A DNA stretch of 64,000 nt from an uncultured Planctomycetaceae bacterium (GTDB lineage Bacteria; Planctomycetota; Planctomycetia; Isosphaerales; Isosphaeraceae). The first letter of the stretch is position 1. Each line of letters begins with the position of its first letter. The notes under the pieces were generated by a model. The model ran no database searches. It worked only from the letters and a program-made list of their open reading frames with translations, and was not told the origin of the DNA. Both the position numbers and the translations under genes were made by a program. Below are positions 21,597 to 33,309 of this stretch, one piece after another. The stretch lies in contig CAWIAD010000002.1 in assembly GCA_963833985.1 (NCBI GenBank), forward strand, positions 6,581,660-6,645,659, given 5' to 3'.

Positions 21597-22475
21597 TTAG
21601 TGGTCCCACCCCTGAGGCAATGGCTCACCGCCCGCGATGGTTGCGAGAGCCTCGAACACATGGGGATCGATGGTCCCTCGAATGAACCGTACCGAGCCAT
21701 CGGCGAACAAGATCAACGTGCCACCTTCGTGGTTGCCGCCGAACTGACGCCCTCGACCCAGGTAGGGTTGTCGCTCGGGATCGACTCCACGCACCGTCGC
21801 GGGGCCTCCCGACGTCCAGGGGCCGCGGAGATCCGCTGTCTCGGCGACCGTCATCGTAGACGAAGCTCCATCTCGAATATCCTCGAGCCTCGTGGAGCGG
21901 TCATAACCGAAAACTCCTGCCTTCGGGTCTCCAGCAGGAAGGAGAGCCGCGTTATTGCCAATTCCGGCGATGCCAACGTAAGTGGCCGGAACCAGTTCGG
22001 TCAGCCGAGAGCGGTTCAGAGAAGGGGTCGACGAATAGGTGCCTTGGGCTGGCTGGAAAGACGATGACGGGCAGAGCACTGGCTCGAGCGGGAGGACCGC
22101 GAAGGTGCGCTGCGGGCCAACGTCCCACGCAACCGTCGGATCGATCTGGCCCGCGTCGTCCAGGCCCCAGCAATGACTGCAAAACAGATCCGAGAGCAGG
22201 CTGAGCTGCCAGCTCTTGCGTTGTTCGGGAGGCAGGCGATCATTACGGCCAGTTGCATCAGGGAAGGTGCCTTTGCGGGATCTGTAGCTATCCAGCGCGA
22301 GCCCTATCATCGCCAGGTTGATGTGGCACCGCGATCTACGGGCATCTTCCCGGGCGCCCTGGACCAGCATGGCCACGAAGCAAGTCAGGCCGATGAAGGC
22401 TCCCACGACCGTGCAGATCCCCAGGAGCCGCTTCGCACTGAACCACCTGCTGCCGCTACAAATTGTGACAGGCAT
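21597..22475 (-). CDS. DUF1559 (SBP_bac_10) planctomycete protein with H-X9-DG motif
   Basis: AREDARRSRCHINLAMIGLAL, IRDGASSTMTVAE and NHEGGTLILFADGSVRF. Confidence 0.85.
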   Translation of the reverse strand: MPVTICSGSRWFSAKRLLGICTVVGAFIGLTCFVAMLVQGAREDARRSRCHINLAMIGLALDSYRSRKGTFPDATGRNDRLPPEQRKSWQLSLLSDLFCSHCWGLDDAGQIDPTVAWDVGPQRTFAVLPLEPVLCPSSSFQPAQGTYSSTPSLNRSRLTELVPATYVGIAGIGNNAALLPAGDPKAGVFGYDRSTRLEDIRDGASSTMTVAETADLRGPWTSGGPATVRGVDPERQPYLGRGRQFGGNHEGGTLILFADGSVRFIRGTIDPHVFEALATIAGGEPLPQGWDH

Positions 22476-22723
22476 GAAGACCTCGAGATCGGGCATTCGA
22501 TTGCTTCAGCGTAGTGCCGGTCCCTCGACGCATCCAAGACCTTTCTCTTTCCATGTTCGTCCCCAGGTTCGCGTCTCTGCATTCTGGTATCCGATTTGCC
22601 CATGAATCCGGTTGCTGTCGGGCCAAGACCGCCCCGGTCCGAAACCGTCGTGAGATCCGGGCAGGCGACGGATCTCAGCCGAGCCTCCGCGACGCCATTC
22701 AGACAAGGGAGAGGATCACGCAA

Positions 22724-24831
22724 ATGGCCAAGGCAAAAGATGATGCACGCAAGACCGCACAGTATGGCGATGAGTCGGTGGCCGTGGGACAGGGCGGAGA
22801 AACCCACCAGACGGCCGGCAAGGATCTTGCCGCGCTGACCACGCAACAGGGAGTGCCGGTCGCCGACGATCAAAACTCGCTGAAGGCGGGCGCCAAGGGC
22901 CCGACGCTGCTGGAAGATTTCCATTTCCGCGAGAAGATCTTTCACTTTGACCACGAGCGCATCCCCGAGCGCGTGGTGCATGCGCGGCTATGGCGCGCAC
23001 GGTTACTTCGAGAACTACGAATCGCTCAGCGACGTCACCCGGGCCGACCTGTTTCAGCGCAAGGGTGAAAAGACTCCGCTCTTCGTGCGGTTCTCCACCG
23101 TGGCCGGCAGCAAGGGGTCGGCTGACCTGGCCCGCGACGTGCGCGGCTTCGCCGTGAAGTTCTATACCAGGGAGGGAAACTGGGACCTGGTGGGCAACAA
23201 CATTCCCGTCTTCTTCATCCAGGATGCAATCAAGTTTCCTGACCTGATCCACTCGGTCAAGCCGGAGCCGGACCGGGATTTCCCCCAGGCACAGTCCGCC
23301 CACGACAACTTCTGGGACTTCATCTCGCTCTCCCCGGAGAGCATGCACATGATCATGTGGGTGATGTCCGACCGGGCGATCCCGCGCTCGTTCCGGTTCA
23401 TGGAAGGCTTCGGCGTGCACACGTTCCGGCTGGTGAACGCGCAGGGCAAGTCCACCTTCGTGAAGTTCCACTGGAAGCCGAAGCACGGGCTGCAATCGGT
23501 GGTCTGGAACGAGGCGCTGAAGATTAACGGTGCCGATCCGGACTTTCACCGCCGCGACCTCTGGGATGCGATCGGCTCGGGCGACTATCCGGAATGGGAG
23601 CTTGGCCTCCAGCTCTTCGACGAGGACTTCGCGAAGCAGTTCGAGTTCGATGTCCTCGACGCCACGAAGATGATTCCCGAGGAGCAGGTGCCGGTCCGCC
23701 GCGTCGGCCGGATGGTTCTGGACCGGCGGGTGGACAACTTCTTCGCCGAGACCGAGCAGGTCGCGTTCTGCACTCAGAACGTCGTCCCGGGCATTGATTT
23801 CAGCAACGATCCCCTGCTCCAGGGGCGGAACTTCTCGTACCTGGACACGCAACTCAAGCGGCTGGGCAGCCCGAACTTCACTCATATTCCGATCAACGCG
23901 CCGCGGTGCCCGTTCTCCCACTTCCAGCAAGACGGCCACATGGCGATGCACAACCCCAAGGGCCGCGCCAACTACGAGCCGAACTCGTGGGGCGAGGCTG
24001 GCGGACCGCGCGAATGCCCGGAGCGGGGCTACCAGTCCTATCCGGAGGCACTCGAGGCTCCGAAGGTCCGCGCCCGGTCCGAGACCTTCAGCGATCACTA
24101 CAGTCAGGCCCGGCAGTTCTACATCAGCCAGACGGCGATCGAGCAAACGCACATCGCCAATGCCCTCACATTCGAGCTGAGCAAGGTGGAAACACCCGCC
24201 ATCCGCGCGCATGGTCTCGCACCTGCTGAATATTGATCGCGGCCTGGCCGACGCGGTGGCGAAGGGATTGCGGCTCAAGCAAATGCCCGAGCCGGCCCCG
24301 GCCGCACGGCCCACCCGGCAAGACCTGAAGCCCTCGCCGCCCCTGAGCATCATCAGCAACGGCCCGAAATCGTTCGCCGGCCGCAAGGTGGGGGCCCTGG
24401 TGACCGACGGTGTGGACGCCGGTGTCCTGGGGGCGCTCCGCCAGGCGCTCAAGGCCGAAGGGGCCATACTCAAGCTGGTTGCCCCCGAGGTCGGCGGCGT
24501 GAAGGATTCGAAAGGTGCCTGGCACGACGCCGACGAGAAGCTGGAGGGCGGCCCTTCGGTGCTCTTCGACGCGGTGGCGATCCTCCCTTCCGCCGAGGGC
24601 GCGGCATTGCTCGGCACGCTACCGGCTGCGCGCGACTTCGTGGCGGACGCCGTGGCACACCGAAAGTACATTGGCCACGCGAACACCGCGGCGCCGCTGT
24701 TCGAGAAAGCTGGAGTTGCCAGCAACCTGGACGAGGGTTTCCTTGTACTGGACAAGGCCGCCGACTGCGAGCACTTCGTGACCGCCTGCCGCAACCTCCG
24801 CTTCTGGAACAGAGCCTCCGCCGAGCGCTGA
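22724..24831 (+). CDS. katE: Large-subunit monofunctional catalase HPII (frameshifts ~22985, ~24210)
   Basis: [28 protein letters not shown] and [12 protein letters not shown]-terminal DJ-1/GATase-like domain SVLFDAV. Confidence 0.95.
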
Positions 24832-25203
24832 GCGTGCTGCGGAAGCGGCAATTCATTCATGCCTGGCGGCGGGACGGACAACCTCCGGCCCCCGCGGGCA
24901 TTGTCGCCCAGGCTGAGGCTGAGCCAAGTTACCGTTGCGGACTGTCAAGTTCGTGAGCGGCTCCATCAACCCCTGGAGCGAACCTGGAGCGAAGAATCTC
25001 CCCGACCTCGTTCGGCCCGGACGCACCGTGAGCGTGTACTAAAGTTGAAGCGAAGCCAGCCGCAGTGCAAAACTGCCACCACCTGCAACTTCTACTCGGG
25101 AGAGACGCCCTTGCGCGGGTGGCCTGAAGCGGTCCGATCCGGGCGGTCTGGCGACAGGCGGCTTGCGCCGCAGCCATGCACTTTCGATAGGGAGCGATTA
25201 GCC

Positions 25204-25605
25204 ATGCCGGTTCAGTGGAGCGACGATTTCGCCACAGGCGTCGATCAGGTCGACCAGCAGCACCGACGCCTCTTCTCCATCCTGGATGACTTCGAAGCGC
25301 GCATGAATCGCAAGGAAAATGCGAACACTCTGATAAGCGTGCTTCATGACTTGAACAACTACACCAGGGAGCATTTTGCATACGAAGAAGGATGCATGGA
25401 TCGATGCATCTGCACCTCGGCGTGTGTGAACAAGATGGCACACCAGCGGTTTCTGCGGATGGTCGACCAGTACCTCCAGGCATGCAAGACGGGCACTCCG
25501 GACCGAGGGCTCTTCGAGTCGCTGCACAACGAACTTGTCGACTGGCTCAAGTCCCACATTTGCAAGATCGACACGAGCCTGCGGAAGCACGCACGAGCCC
25601 TCTGA
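25204..25605 (+). CDS. Bacteriohemerythrin-like protein, Cys-rich variant
   Basis: W...TGV..VD.QH, HFAYEE and WLKSHICKID; GGGAG RBS. Confidence 0.85.
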   Translation: MPVQWSDDFATGVDQVDQQHRRLFSILDDFEARMNRKENANTLISVLHDLNNYTREHFAYEEGCMDRCICTSACVNKMAHQRFLRMVDQYLQACKTGTPDRGLFESLHNELVDWLKSHICKIDTSLRKHARAL

Positions 25606-25661
25606 CGACCACCTGTGAAAGCGCATGTCCAGAGGCGCAGGATGACCAGCTACCGCGCGCT

Positions 25662-27471
25662 TCAGTCGGTAGTCTGCCGGTTCTCGTAGTACTGTCCCAG
25701 CGCGAGCGTGCGCTTCACCTGGCGGGCGACGACGAAGCCGGTGATGACCAGGCCGGCCACGTAGATGTTCGGATATTGCAGGTCGTCCTGGGGCACCCAG
25801 GTGGGAAGCGGCTGGCTCCAGTCAATGGCCGAATCGAAGTAGAGCACCAGGTAACAGGCCACTGCCAGGCCCGTGGTGAACCAGACCATGCGGATCCGAA
25901 ACCAGAGGCCGGAGGCGGCGATGAGCAGTGGATAGCCCACCAGCAGGGTGCTTTCCACGCGGTTCAGCAGCTTGAGCACGAGGGTCAGGAAGATCAGGTC
26001 GGCCGATGACCAGAAGAGCCGCACGTACTCCGACTTCCAGCCCCACCGCCAGAGCGTCTGGAAGCAGAGCGCGGAGAGAGTCCAGAAAAGGAGCGTGCCC
26101 TGCACGCCGTAGTGCACCCAGTTGTTCGACTTCTGCGAGAGGAACTGGTGATTGAACTCGGTGAGCAGGGCCACGACGGCCAGGCCGCCCACGCGTGAGA
26201 CGACCTCGGGCTCGCGCCGGGTCCAGCGGCGGAGGCGCTGGAAGACGCCGGTCGCCTGCACGACCTCGCCTTCGAGGAACCTCTTCAGGTCGTCGGCCAG
26301 AGCCAGCGCGGAGCTGTAACGCTCCTCGGGAAGCTTTTCCAGGCATTTCAAACAGATGGTTTCGAGCTCGCGGGGCAGCGAGGGAACCAGCTCGTGCGGA
26401 GGCACCGGGTCGCGCTCGAGCACCTGGAGCACGGTCTCCATCATGGTCGGGGTTTTGAACGGCGCGCGGCCGGTCAAGAGCTCGTAGAGGATGGCCCCCA
26501 GGCCGTAAACGTCGGTGGTTGGGCCGAGCCGATGGCGCTGGCCTGAGGCCTGCTCCGGCGCCATGTAGCTGGGCGTGCCGAGGATGGCCCCGCTGGCCGT
26601 GAGCGAGCTGTTCTCGGAGGTGCGCCGGGCCAGGCCAAAATCGGTGATCTGGGGCTGGCCGTCGACGTCGATGAGGATGTTCGAGGGCTTCAGATCGCAG
26701 TGGATGAACCCCTTGCCGTGGGCGTAGTGCAGGGCCAGGGCCAGGGTCTGGATGAGCCGGGCGATCGCTTGCGGATCGCTTTTGAATCGAGACAGGTGCT
26801 GCGAGAGGTTCCCTCCCTCAATCAGTTTCATGCTGAAGTAGAGCATTCCGTCCTGGTCGCGAACCTCGTAGATCGGCACGATGTTGCGGTGATCGAGGTT
26901 GGCGGCGAGCTCGGCCTCGCGGCGAAAGCGGCGCGCTCGGCCGGGGTCGCGAGGTGCCCGGAGAGGATCATCTTCAGCGCGACCAGCCGCTTCAGCTCCA
27001 GGTGTCTGGCCTTGTAGACGATACCCATGCCCCCGCGGGCGATTTCCTCGAGCAACATGTAGTCGCCGACGCGCTCCTCGCCCGGTGGGACTGGCCTCTC
27101 CGGTGGCGGTCCGGTCGAACTGGCGGAGGTTGCGGCCTCGGTATTCCAGGCCGCGGTCAACGGCGACTCGCACCAGGCCAGTTCGGGGCTGCGGAAGGTA
27201 TCGAGGATCACCGGCTCAAATTCCGGCAACCGCGCCAGGTACTCGGTGGGGCAGGGACGGTCTCCCCGATCGCGGCGCAGCTCGATTTCCAGGGCCAGCA
27301 GCTCGGCCAGCAGCGCGGGGCGGTCCTCCGGGCAGGCGTCCTCGAGCGACGCTTCCAGCCGCGGCTGGCGGCCGTCTCTCCAGAGGCTCTCGAACCGCTC
27401 GCACGCGTGATGGATGCGCCGCGCCGGGCCAGCGGCGAATCGAGCTCCCTGGCCGGAGGATCGGCAGACAT
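25662..27471 (-). CDS. Membrane-bound Hanks-type Ser/Thr protein kinase (frameshifts ~27425, ~26935)
   Basis: [28 protein letters not shown] and [10 protein letters not shown]-terminal multi-TM domain; start overlaps the ECF stop (TGATG). Confidence 0.9.
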
Positions 27472-28109
27472 CAGGCCACCTCGGCGTCAGCCATCCAGGT
27501 CTTGCGGATGAGATCGAGCCGGCGGGCCACGGTCCGGCGGGCGCAGCCAAGCTGAACGGCGATCTCGTCGCAGGTGTAACCTTCCATCCTGCTGATGGCG
27601 ACTTGCCGCAAGCCGTCGTCTTCCAGGGCGTCGAGCAGCCGGCGGTACTCCTCGGCCACCATCGCCGCGAACTCGGGCGTGGGCTCGCTGCCTGCCATCA
27701 TTTCCAGCCCGGGAAAGGAGCCGACATCCGCGGGCGAGCCGCCCACTCCGCCATGCAGCGCCGCTTCCTCCACCACCCGCCCGCCCCCGCGCTTGAGGCG
27801 CTTCTGCCGCTGAATCTGGGCATACGCCTTGCGCACGGTGATGGTCATGAGGATCTTCCAGAGGTCCTGGCGATCGGCAAGCTGGGGAAACTTCCCCTCG
27901 GCGACCCCCGCGCAAAAGCTGTTGAACGCGCTCAGGGCGGCATCTTCCTCGTCGGCGGCCGCACGCGGGTGCCGCTGGCGCTGTAGCTTGCCCCGGGCAA
28001 GCACCACCAGCTTGCCGAAATAGCGTTCCCAGAGCGGCTGAGCAGCCGCGAGGTCGCCCCCGCGCAGGTCGCCCAGCCAGTGCGTGACGGAGCCGCCCTG
28101 TTCGTCCAT
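27471..28109 (-). CDS. ECF-type RNA polymerase sigma factor, planctomycete kinase-associated type
   Basis: SVTHWL...[23 protein letters not shown], and region 4 [22 protein letters not shown]. Confidence 0.9.
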   Translation of the reverse strand: MDEQGGSVTHWLGDLRGGDLAAAQPLWERYFGKLVVLARGKLQRQRHPRAAADEEDAALSAFNSFCAGVAEGKFPQLADRQDLWKILMTITVRKAYAQIQRQKRLKRGGGRVVEEAALHGGVGGSPADVGSFPGLEMMAGSEPTPEFAAMVAEEYRRLLDALEDDGLRQVAISRMEGYTCDEIAVQLGCARRTVARRLDLIRKTWMADAEVA

Positions 28110-28337
28110 CCTTCCCCGCCTTGATCCGCCGGGATCGCTCATCGAGCCGACACAACCGAGATTCTGGAGCTCTGCAAGCATCTTATCACCGCACCGAAAG
28201 CGGCGCAATTCCATTCCCTCCCTGCCGGCGACGGAACCTGCACTCTGTGGACAGTTTTTCGTTGCGGCCGTGGGCCGGGGGCGGTCTCATGTCACGGGAG
28301 GACGCGGCGGACGCGCAGAGCGGGAGACGTCAAGGGC

Positions 28338-31300
28338 ATGAAGCAGCATTCATCGGGCATGGCCGGATTTGAGCGGATCGACGAGATCTGCGATGCGTTC
28401 GAGGAACGCTGGCGGCGCGGTGAGCGGCCGCATATCGAGGAATTCCTGGATTGGCAGGATGCGCTGCCGCGAGCCGCCCTGCTGCGAGAATTGCTGGCCC
28501 TGGAGCTCGAGCTGGCCCGGGAGTTTGGCATCCCGGTGGCGGCTGCCGAATTCGAGGCCCGTTTCCCGGACGCGATCCCGGTGGTCCGGGCCGCGTTTGC
28601 CGAGGAGGCTCCCCGGCCGCCCGGTCCGCGCGCCGGGCGGCGCGCAGGCGGCAGGAGACGGGGCGCAACCTGCTCTTTGGCGTTCTGGCCCTGCAAAACA
28701 ACTTTATCGGCCGCGACGACCTGCTTGCGGCGTTTGCCGCCTGGGTCGCCGACAGGTCGCGCCCGCTGGCGCAGATCCTGGTCGATCGTGGCGTGCTCGA
28801 CGAGCCGCGCCGCCGGCTGCTCGACGCCCTGGTCGCCGAACACCTCAGGCAGCACGGGGGCGATACCGAGGCAAGTCTCGGGGCCGTCAGCTCGCTGGGC
28901 ACGCTTCGCGGGGACCTGCACGGCCTCGGCGACGCCGACCTTGACGCCAGCCTCGGGTGCCGCGGTCCGAGCACCTCCGGCGCGGCCGGCACGGAGCAGG
29001 CCACGGCCGTGGAGGACCTGTCGTCGCGGCGCGTGGCGGGACGGTTTCGCGTTCTCCGATTCCACCGCGAGGGAGGTCTGGGCCGCGTTTACGTGGCGCG
29101 CGACGAGGAACTTGGGCGTGACGTGGCGCTCAAGGAAGTGCGGCCGGACAAGGCGGACGAGCTCGAGCTGCGCAGGCGGTTCGTCCTGGAAGCCGAGATC
29201 AATGGCGGCCTGGAGCACCCGGGCATCGTGCCGGTCTATAGCCTGGGCACTTACGAGGATGGAAGGCCGTTCTACGCCATGCGATTCGTCGAGGGAGACA
29301 GCCTGAAGGAATCGATCCAGTCGTACCACGCCCGGAATCCCCGCCCCGATCCGACCGCCAGCGAGTTCCGCAAGTTGCTCGGGCGGTTCGTGGACGTCTG
29401 CGAGGCGATCGCGTTCGCCCACAGCAAGGGCGTCCTGCACCGCGACCTGAAACCGCACAACGTGATGCTGGGCCGTTACGGTGAGACGCTGCTGATCGAC
29501 TGGGGCCTGGCGAAGGCCACCGGCCGGCGCGAGCCCATTACCGCCGGTGCCGCCATCGAAACGACGCTGGTGCCCCCGTCGGGAAGCGGTCAGGCGGCCA
29601 CGCTGGGTGTGCTCGGCTCGCCGCCTTACATGAGCCCGGAGCAGGCTTCCGGCGATATGCACGCAATCGGGCCGGCGACGGACGTCTACGGCCTGGGAGC
29701 CATCCTGTTCGCACTCTTGACCGGCCAGCCGCCGGTGAACGCACCCACGACCCACGAAGCACTCGAGCAGGTGCGGCGCGGCGAGCTGCGATCTCCGCGA
29801 TCCCTCAATCCGAGGATTCCTCGCCCGCTGGAGGCCGTCTGCCGGAAAGCCCTGGCGCTACGCCCGCGGGACCGCTACCCCTCGGCGCTGGCCCTGGCGC
29901 AGGACATCGAGCACTGGCTTGCCGACGAACCGGTGACGGCGTGGAGAGAGCCCCTCGCTCAGCGCGCCGGCGCTGGATGCGCAAGCATCGGCTGGTGATG
30001 ACCTCGCTCGGCTTCACGCTTCTGACCGCATCCATCTTGCTCGCCGCTCTCTTTGTCACCGTGACCAGGGAGCAAGGGAAAACGCTGCAAGCGCTGGGGC
30101 AGGCGGAACGGAACTTCGAGCGTGCGCGGAAGATCGTCGAGGATTACTTCATCCAGGTGAGCGAGGAAGCGCTGCTCAACGAGCCGGGCATGCAACCCCT
30201 TCGCAAGAAGCTGCTGGGCCTGGCCCTGGACTACCATCGGCAGTTCTTGGAAGACGTGAAGAACTCACGCCGCCAGGCCGATGTCGCCCAGAGCTATTTC
30301 CGGGTTGCGAGCATCGAGGACGATCTCGGCGAGACCGCCGAGGCGCTGGAGTCGTACCGGCGCGGCAAGGACCAGTTCGAGGAACTGCTGAGGCACGATG
30401 GCCGCTCGCTCGAGTATCGCATCCGGGTCGCCGAATGCTGGGAGCGGATCGGTGCGCTCGCGGACGAGTTGGGTCAAGGATCGCGGGCCAGTGATGCCAT
30501 CGATCGCGCCCTGGCCCAGTTTCAGGTGCTCAAGGTAGAGCAGCCGGCGAGCGACCGGGTCTGGTCTGGGCTCTCCAACTGCCTTTACACGCAGGGTCGA
30601 AGAAATCATCGGTCCCGCCGGTTTGCCGAGGCCCAAGAGGTGCAAGAGGAGGCCATTCGCCTTGTGGAAGAGATTGTTGCCAGGAACCCCTCATCCGTGC
30701 GCTTCCGCCTGATGCTTGCCTTCTACTGCCACAACTTCAGCACGCTGCTGGCCGACCGGGGCCGGTCCCCCATGCCGATGCTCGTGCGGGCCAAGGCGCA
30801 GCTCGAAGAGCTACAGAAGGAGAACCCGTCGTCGTACAAGCTGCGCTATGAGCTGGCGAAGGTCATGATTCGCATGGGAATGTTCCACGTCCGCGTTGCG
30901 CGGAGAGAGGAAACGTTGAGGGAGCTGGAGCAGGCACGCGCGCTACTTGAGCCCCTGGTCGAGGGCAATCCCAGGGTGCAAGCTTATCGCAGAGACCTGG
31001 CGGCGACGTACGAATTGCTGGCGTCGAACAGCCGTAGCATTGCAGGCGGAGGTCCGCTCTCCGCGAAAGATCGAGAATACATGGAGAAAGCCTATACCCA
31101 CTCTGCTGCGCTGTACCGCGAGAATCCCTCCGACGGCCGAAACATGAAGAGATATGGACATTCTTGTGAGGAACTTGGTGAGGATTACCTTCTCGGAGGC
31201 AATTCGGCTGAGGCGGTGAGCTGGCTCCAGCGTGCACACGAGATGATGACGAAAACGCTCGCCATGTACCCCGAAGATCCATTCTCGCGGGGAGAACTGG

Positions 31301-31802
31301 CCAACGATTGCCTGCTCTTCGGATCGGCACTGGCAAGGACCGGACAGCACGAAAAGGCGGCCGCGGTCTATCGTCAGGGCATCGACCATTTCGGGAGGCT
31401 GTTCCCGCATGGATCGGAATCGCATGGGATCTCATGGTTCGAAAAAAGCTATGAGGGACTGATCGAATCGCTGCTGCTCCTGGGGAGGCCGGATGAAACC
31501 ATTCAGGCCATCGCCGAGTACCACCGGGGCGTGGCCGGTCAGGGGAGAGGGCTGTACAACGTGGCCTGCTATTTCGCGCGGTGTGTGCCCATGATGGGGA
31601 CCCCAGTTCTGCGGGAGGCCCGGGCCGCCGAGGCAATCAAGACGCTCCGGCAGGCGGCCGCCAGCGGCTGGAGCGATGCCTGGCTCATGGCCCGTGACCC
31701 CGACCTGCGCCGGTGCGTGACCGTGACGAGTTCCGCCGGCTCCAGACCGAGCTCCTGGACCGTGGTTTCCCGGCGAATCCCCTGGCGTCCGGCCCGCGCT
31801 GA
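28338..31802 (+). CDS. Ser/Thr protein kinase with TM helix and C-terminal TPR-like domain (frameshifts ~28640, ~29960, ~31710)
   Basis: GGLGRVY, VALKE, HRDLKPHN, DWGLAK and GSPPYMSPE; LYNVAC; ends DRGFPANPL...TGA 31800-31802; start uncertain. Confidence 0.88.
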
Positions 31803-32061
31803 TGGCCTGGATAACGGTACTGGAGCAGAGTGCCGGGAAGTTACGAAGTAAGAAAGCCGTGGCACAGCGGCCGGACGCTCGAGCATGAGAAAACCAGACG
31901 CGCGAGCTCACGGCGCTGCCGGCACAGCCGTGCCGCTTTGATGGCTCGAAGCGGACCTCTTCGCTTTCGCCTGTTTTCACGGTTTGCGCCCTCGGATAAG
32001 CTAAAAATCAGTCCACCGGGGTCCACGCAGTACTCCTTGAGCCGGATAGGGCGGGTTGACC

Positions 32062-33130
32062 ATGCGCAAGTGTCTTCCAGCAGCGGCATTCCACGCGCCG
32101 GTCTTCGATCGCCGGACCTTGCTGAACCTCATGCTGGGCGGGATCTGCGGTGCCGGCACGGCAGCCGCCCGGCCGGTGATCCAGGATGCTCCGAAGGCCG
32201 CGGGTGCGGCCCGGAACGATGGGCCCAGGCCGGCCCTGGCACCGCCGCCGACACCCGACGCCGAGCTGGCCGAGGCCCGAGACCGGCTGGAACGGGCTGG
32301 AATCAGCCCGCTGAATGTGGTTCGCTCAGCCCATTACGTGGCCGTCGGCGATGCGCCTGAGCCGTTCATGAGGGTCATCCTGGGCGATTGCGAGCAGCTC
32401 GCGGCCGATTTCCTGCGGTTCTTCAGCGGGCTGGGCTTCCGCGTGCAGCTTCCCCAGCGGCCTTTGCTGGTGATCATGTTCCGCGACGACCGATCGTTTG
32501 GCCGGTTCTTCCATTTGCCCTCGCTGCTGGAGGCGGCCGCCAAGGGCCGGCCCGTCCAGCCCGCGGGCATTTACGACCGCTCGACCAACGTGCTGCACGT
32601 GTTCGACTGGCGGAACGTCCCCATGGAGCCGCGCGCCTCGCACCGCAACATGGAAACGCTGGCCCACGAGGGAACTCACCAGCTTTCGTTCAATACGGGA
32701 TTGCTGAACCGCCAGGGCGACACGCCCCTGTGCCTCATCGAGGGCCTTGGCACATTCGGCGAGCCGAGGAAAACCCTTGGGCCCAGTGAGGCTCGGAAGA
32801 CTCAACCTGCGGCGCATGGACGACCTGGCCCGGATCCAGCGGCGCGTGCCCTGGATTCCGGTCCGCGAGCTGCTCTCCAACGACAACGTCCTCCGCGCCG
32901 GCAACGCCGCGCGGGTCATGCTGGCGTACGCCGAGAGCTGGCTGCTGATCCATTACTTGCTCAGGAACCCCGAGGCCATGCCCGGGTTCCGGCACTATCT
33001 CCAGGCCATCGCTACGCGCACCAAGGGCGATCAGCGGGTCGGCGACGCGCAGGCGAGCCTCGGCGATCTGGACCGGCTTGATCAAGAGCTGCGCCGCTAC
33101 GCCGTCCGGCTCCAGCTCTCTTTGCGTTAG
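32062..33130 (+). CDS. DUF1570 family zincin-like protein, probable Tat signal (frameshift ~32790)
   Basis: DRRTLL; AHEGTHQLSFNTG; PLCLIEGLG; AYAESWLL. Confidence 0.8.
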
Positions 33131-33309
33131 GGCCGCCACCGCGATCTGTGCGCGTTGCGGTAAGGAATCTCTGTTCTGTACGTAAAGGTGTGAGGTGGAG
33201 ACATTCCGCTCCATGCCCTGAACCGCGTCCGCGCGCAGTGTTCCGCCCCAGGGCGGTGCAGAAGCGTCGCCGGGGCCCTCACGCGGCCGCTTGCTCAAGG
33301 TCCAGAACC

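Noticed and set aside
21570..21600. GACTTCTGCGGATCTGCTTAG as an IS terminal inverted repeat
   Set aside because: Only a vague resemblance; no partner repeat or transposase seen in the window
24972..24993. CCTGGAGCGAA direct repeat (2 copies) upstream of hemerythrin
   Set aside because: Only two copies; cannot be told apart from a chance duplication without conservation data
28233..28263. GGAAC-N16-GTT as an ECF-dependent promoter
   Set aside because: Short, imperfect match, and I do not know the consensus for this ECF group
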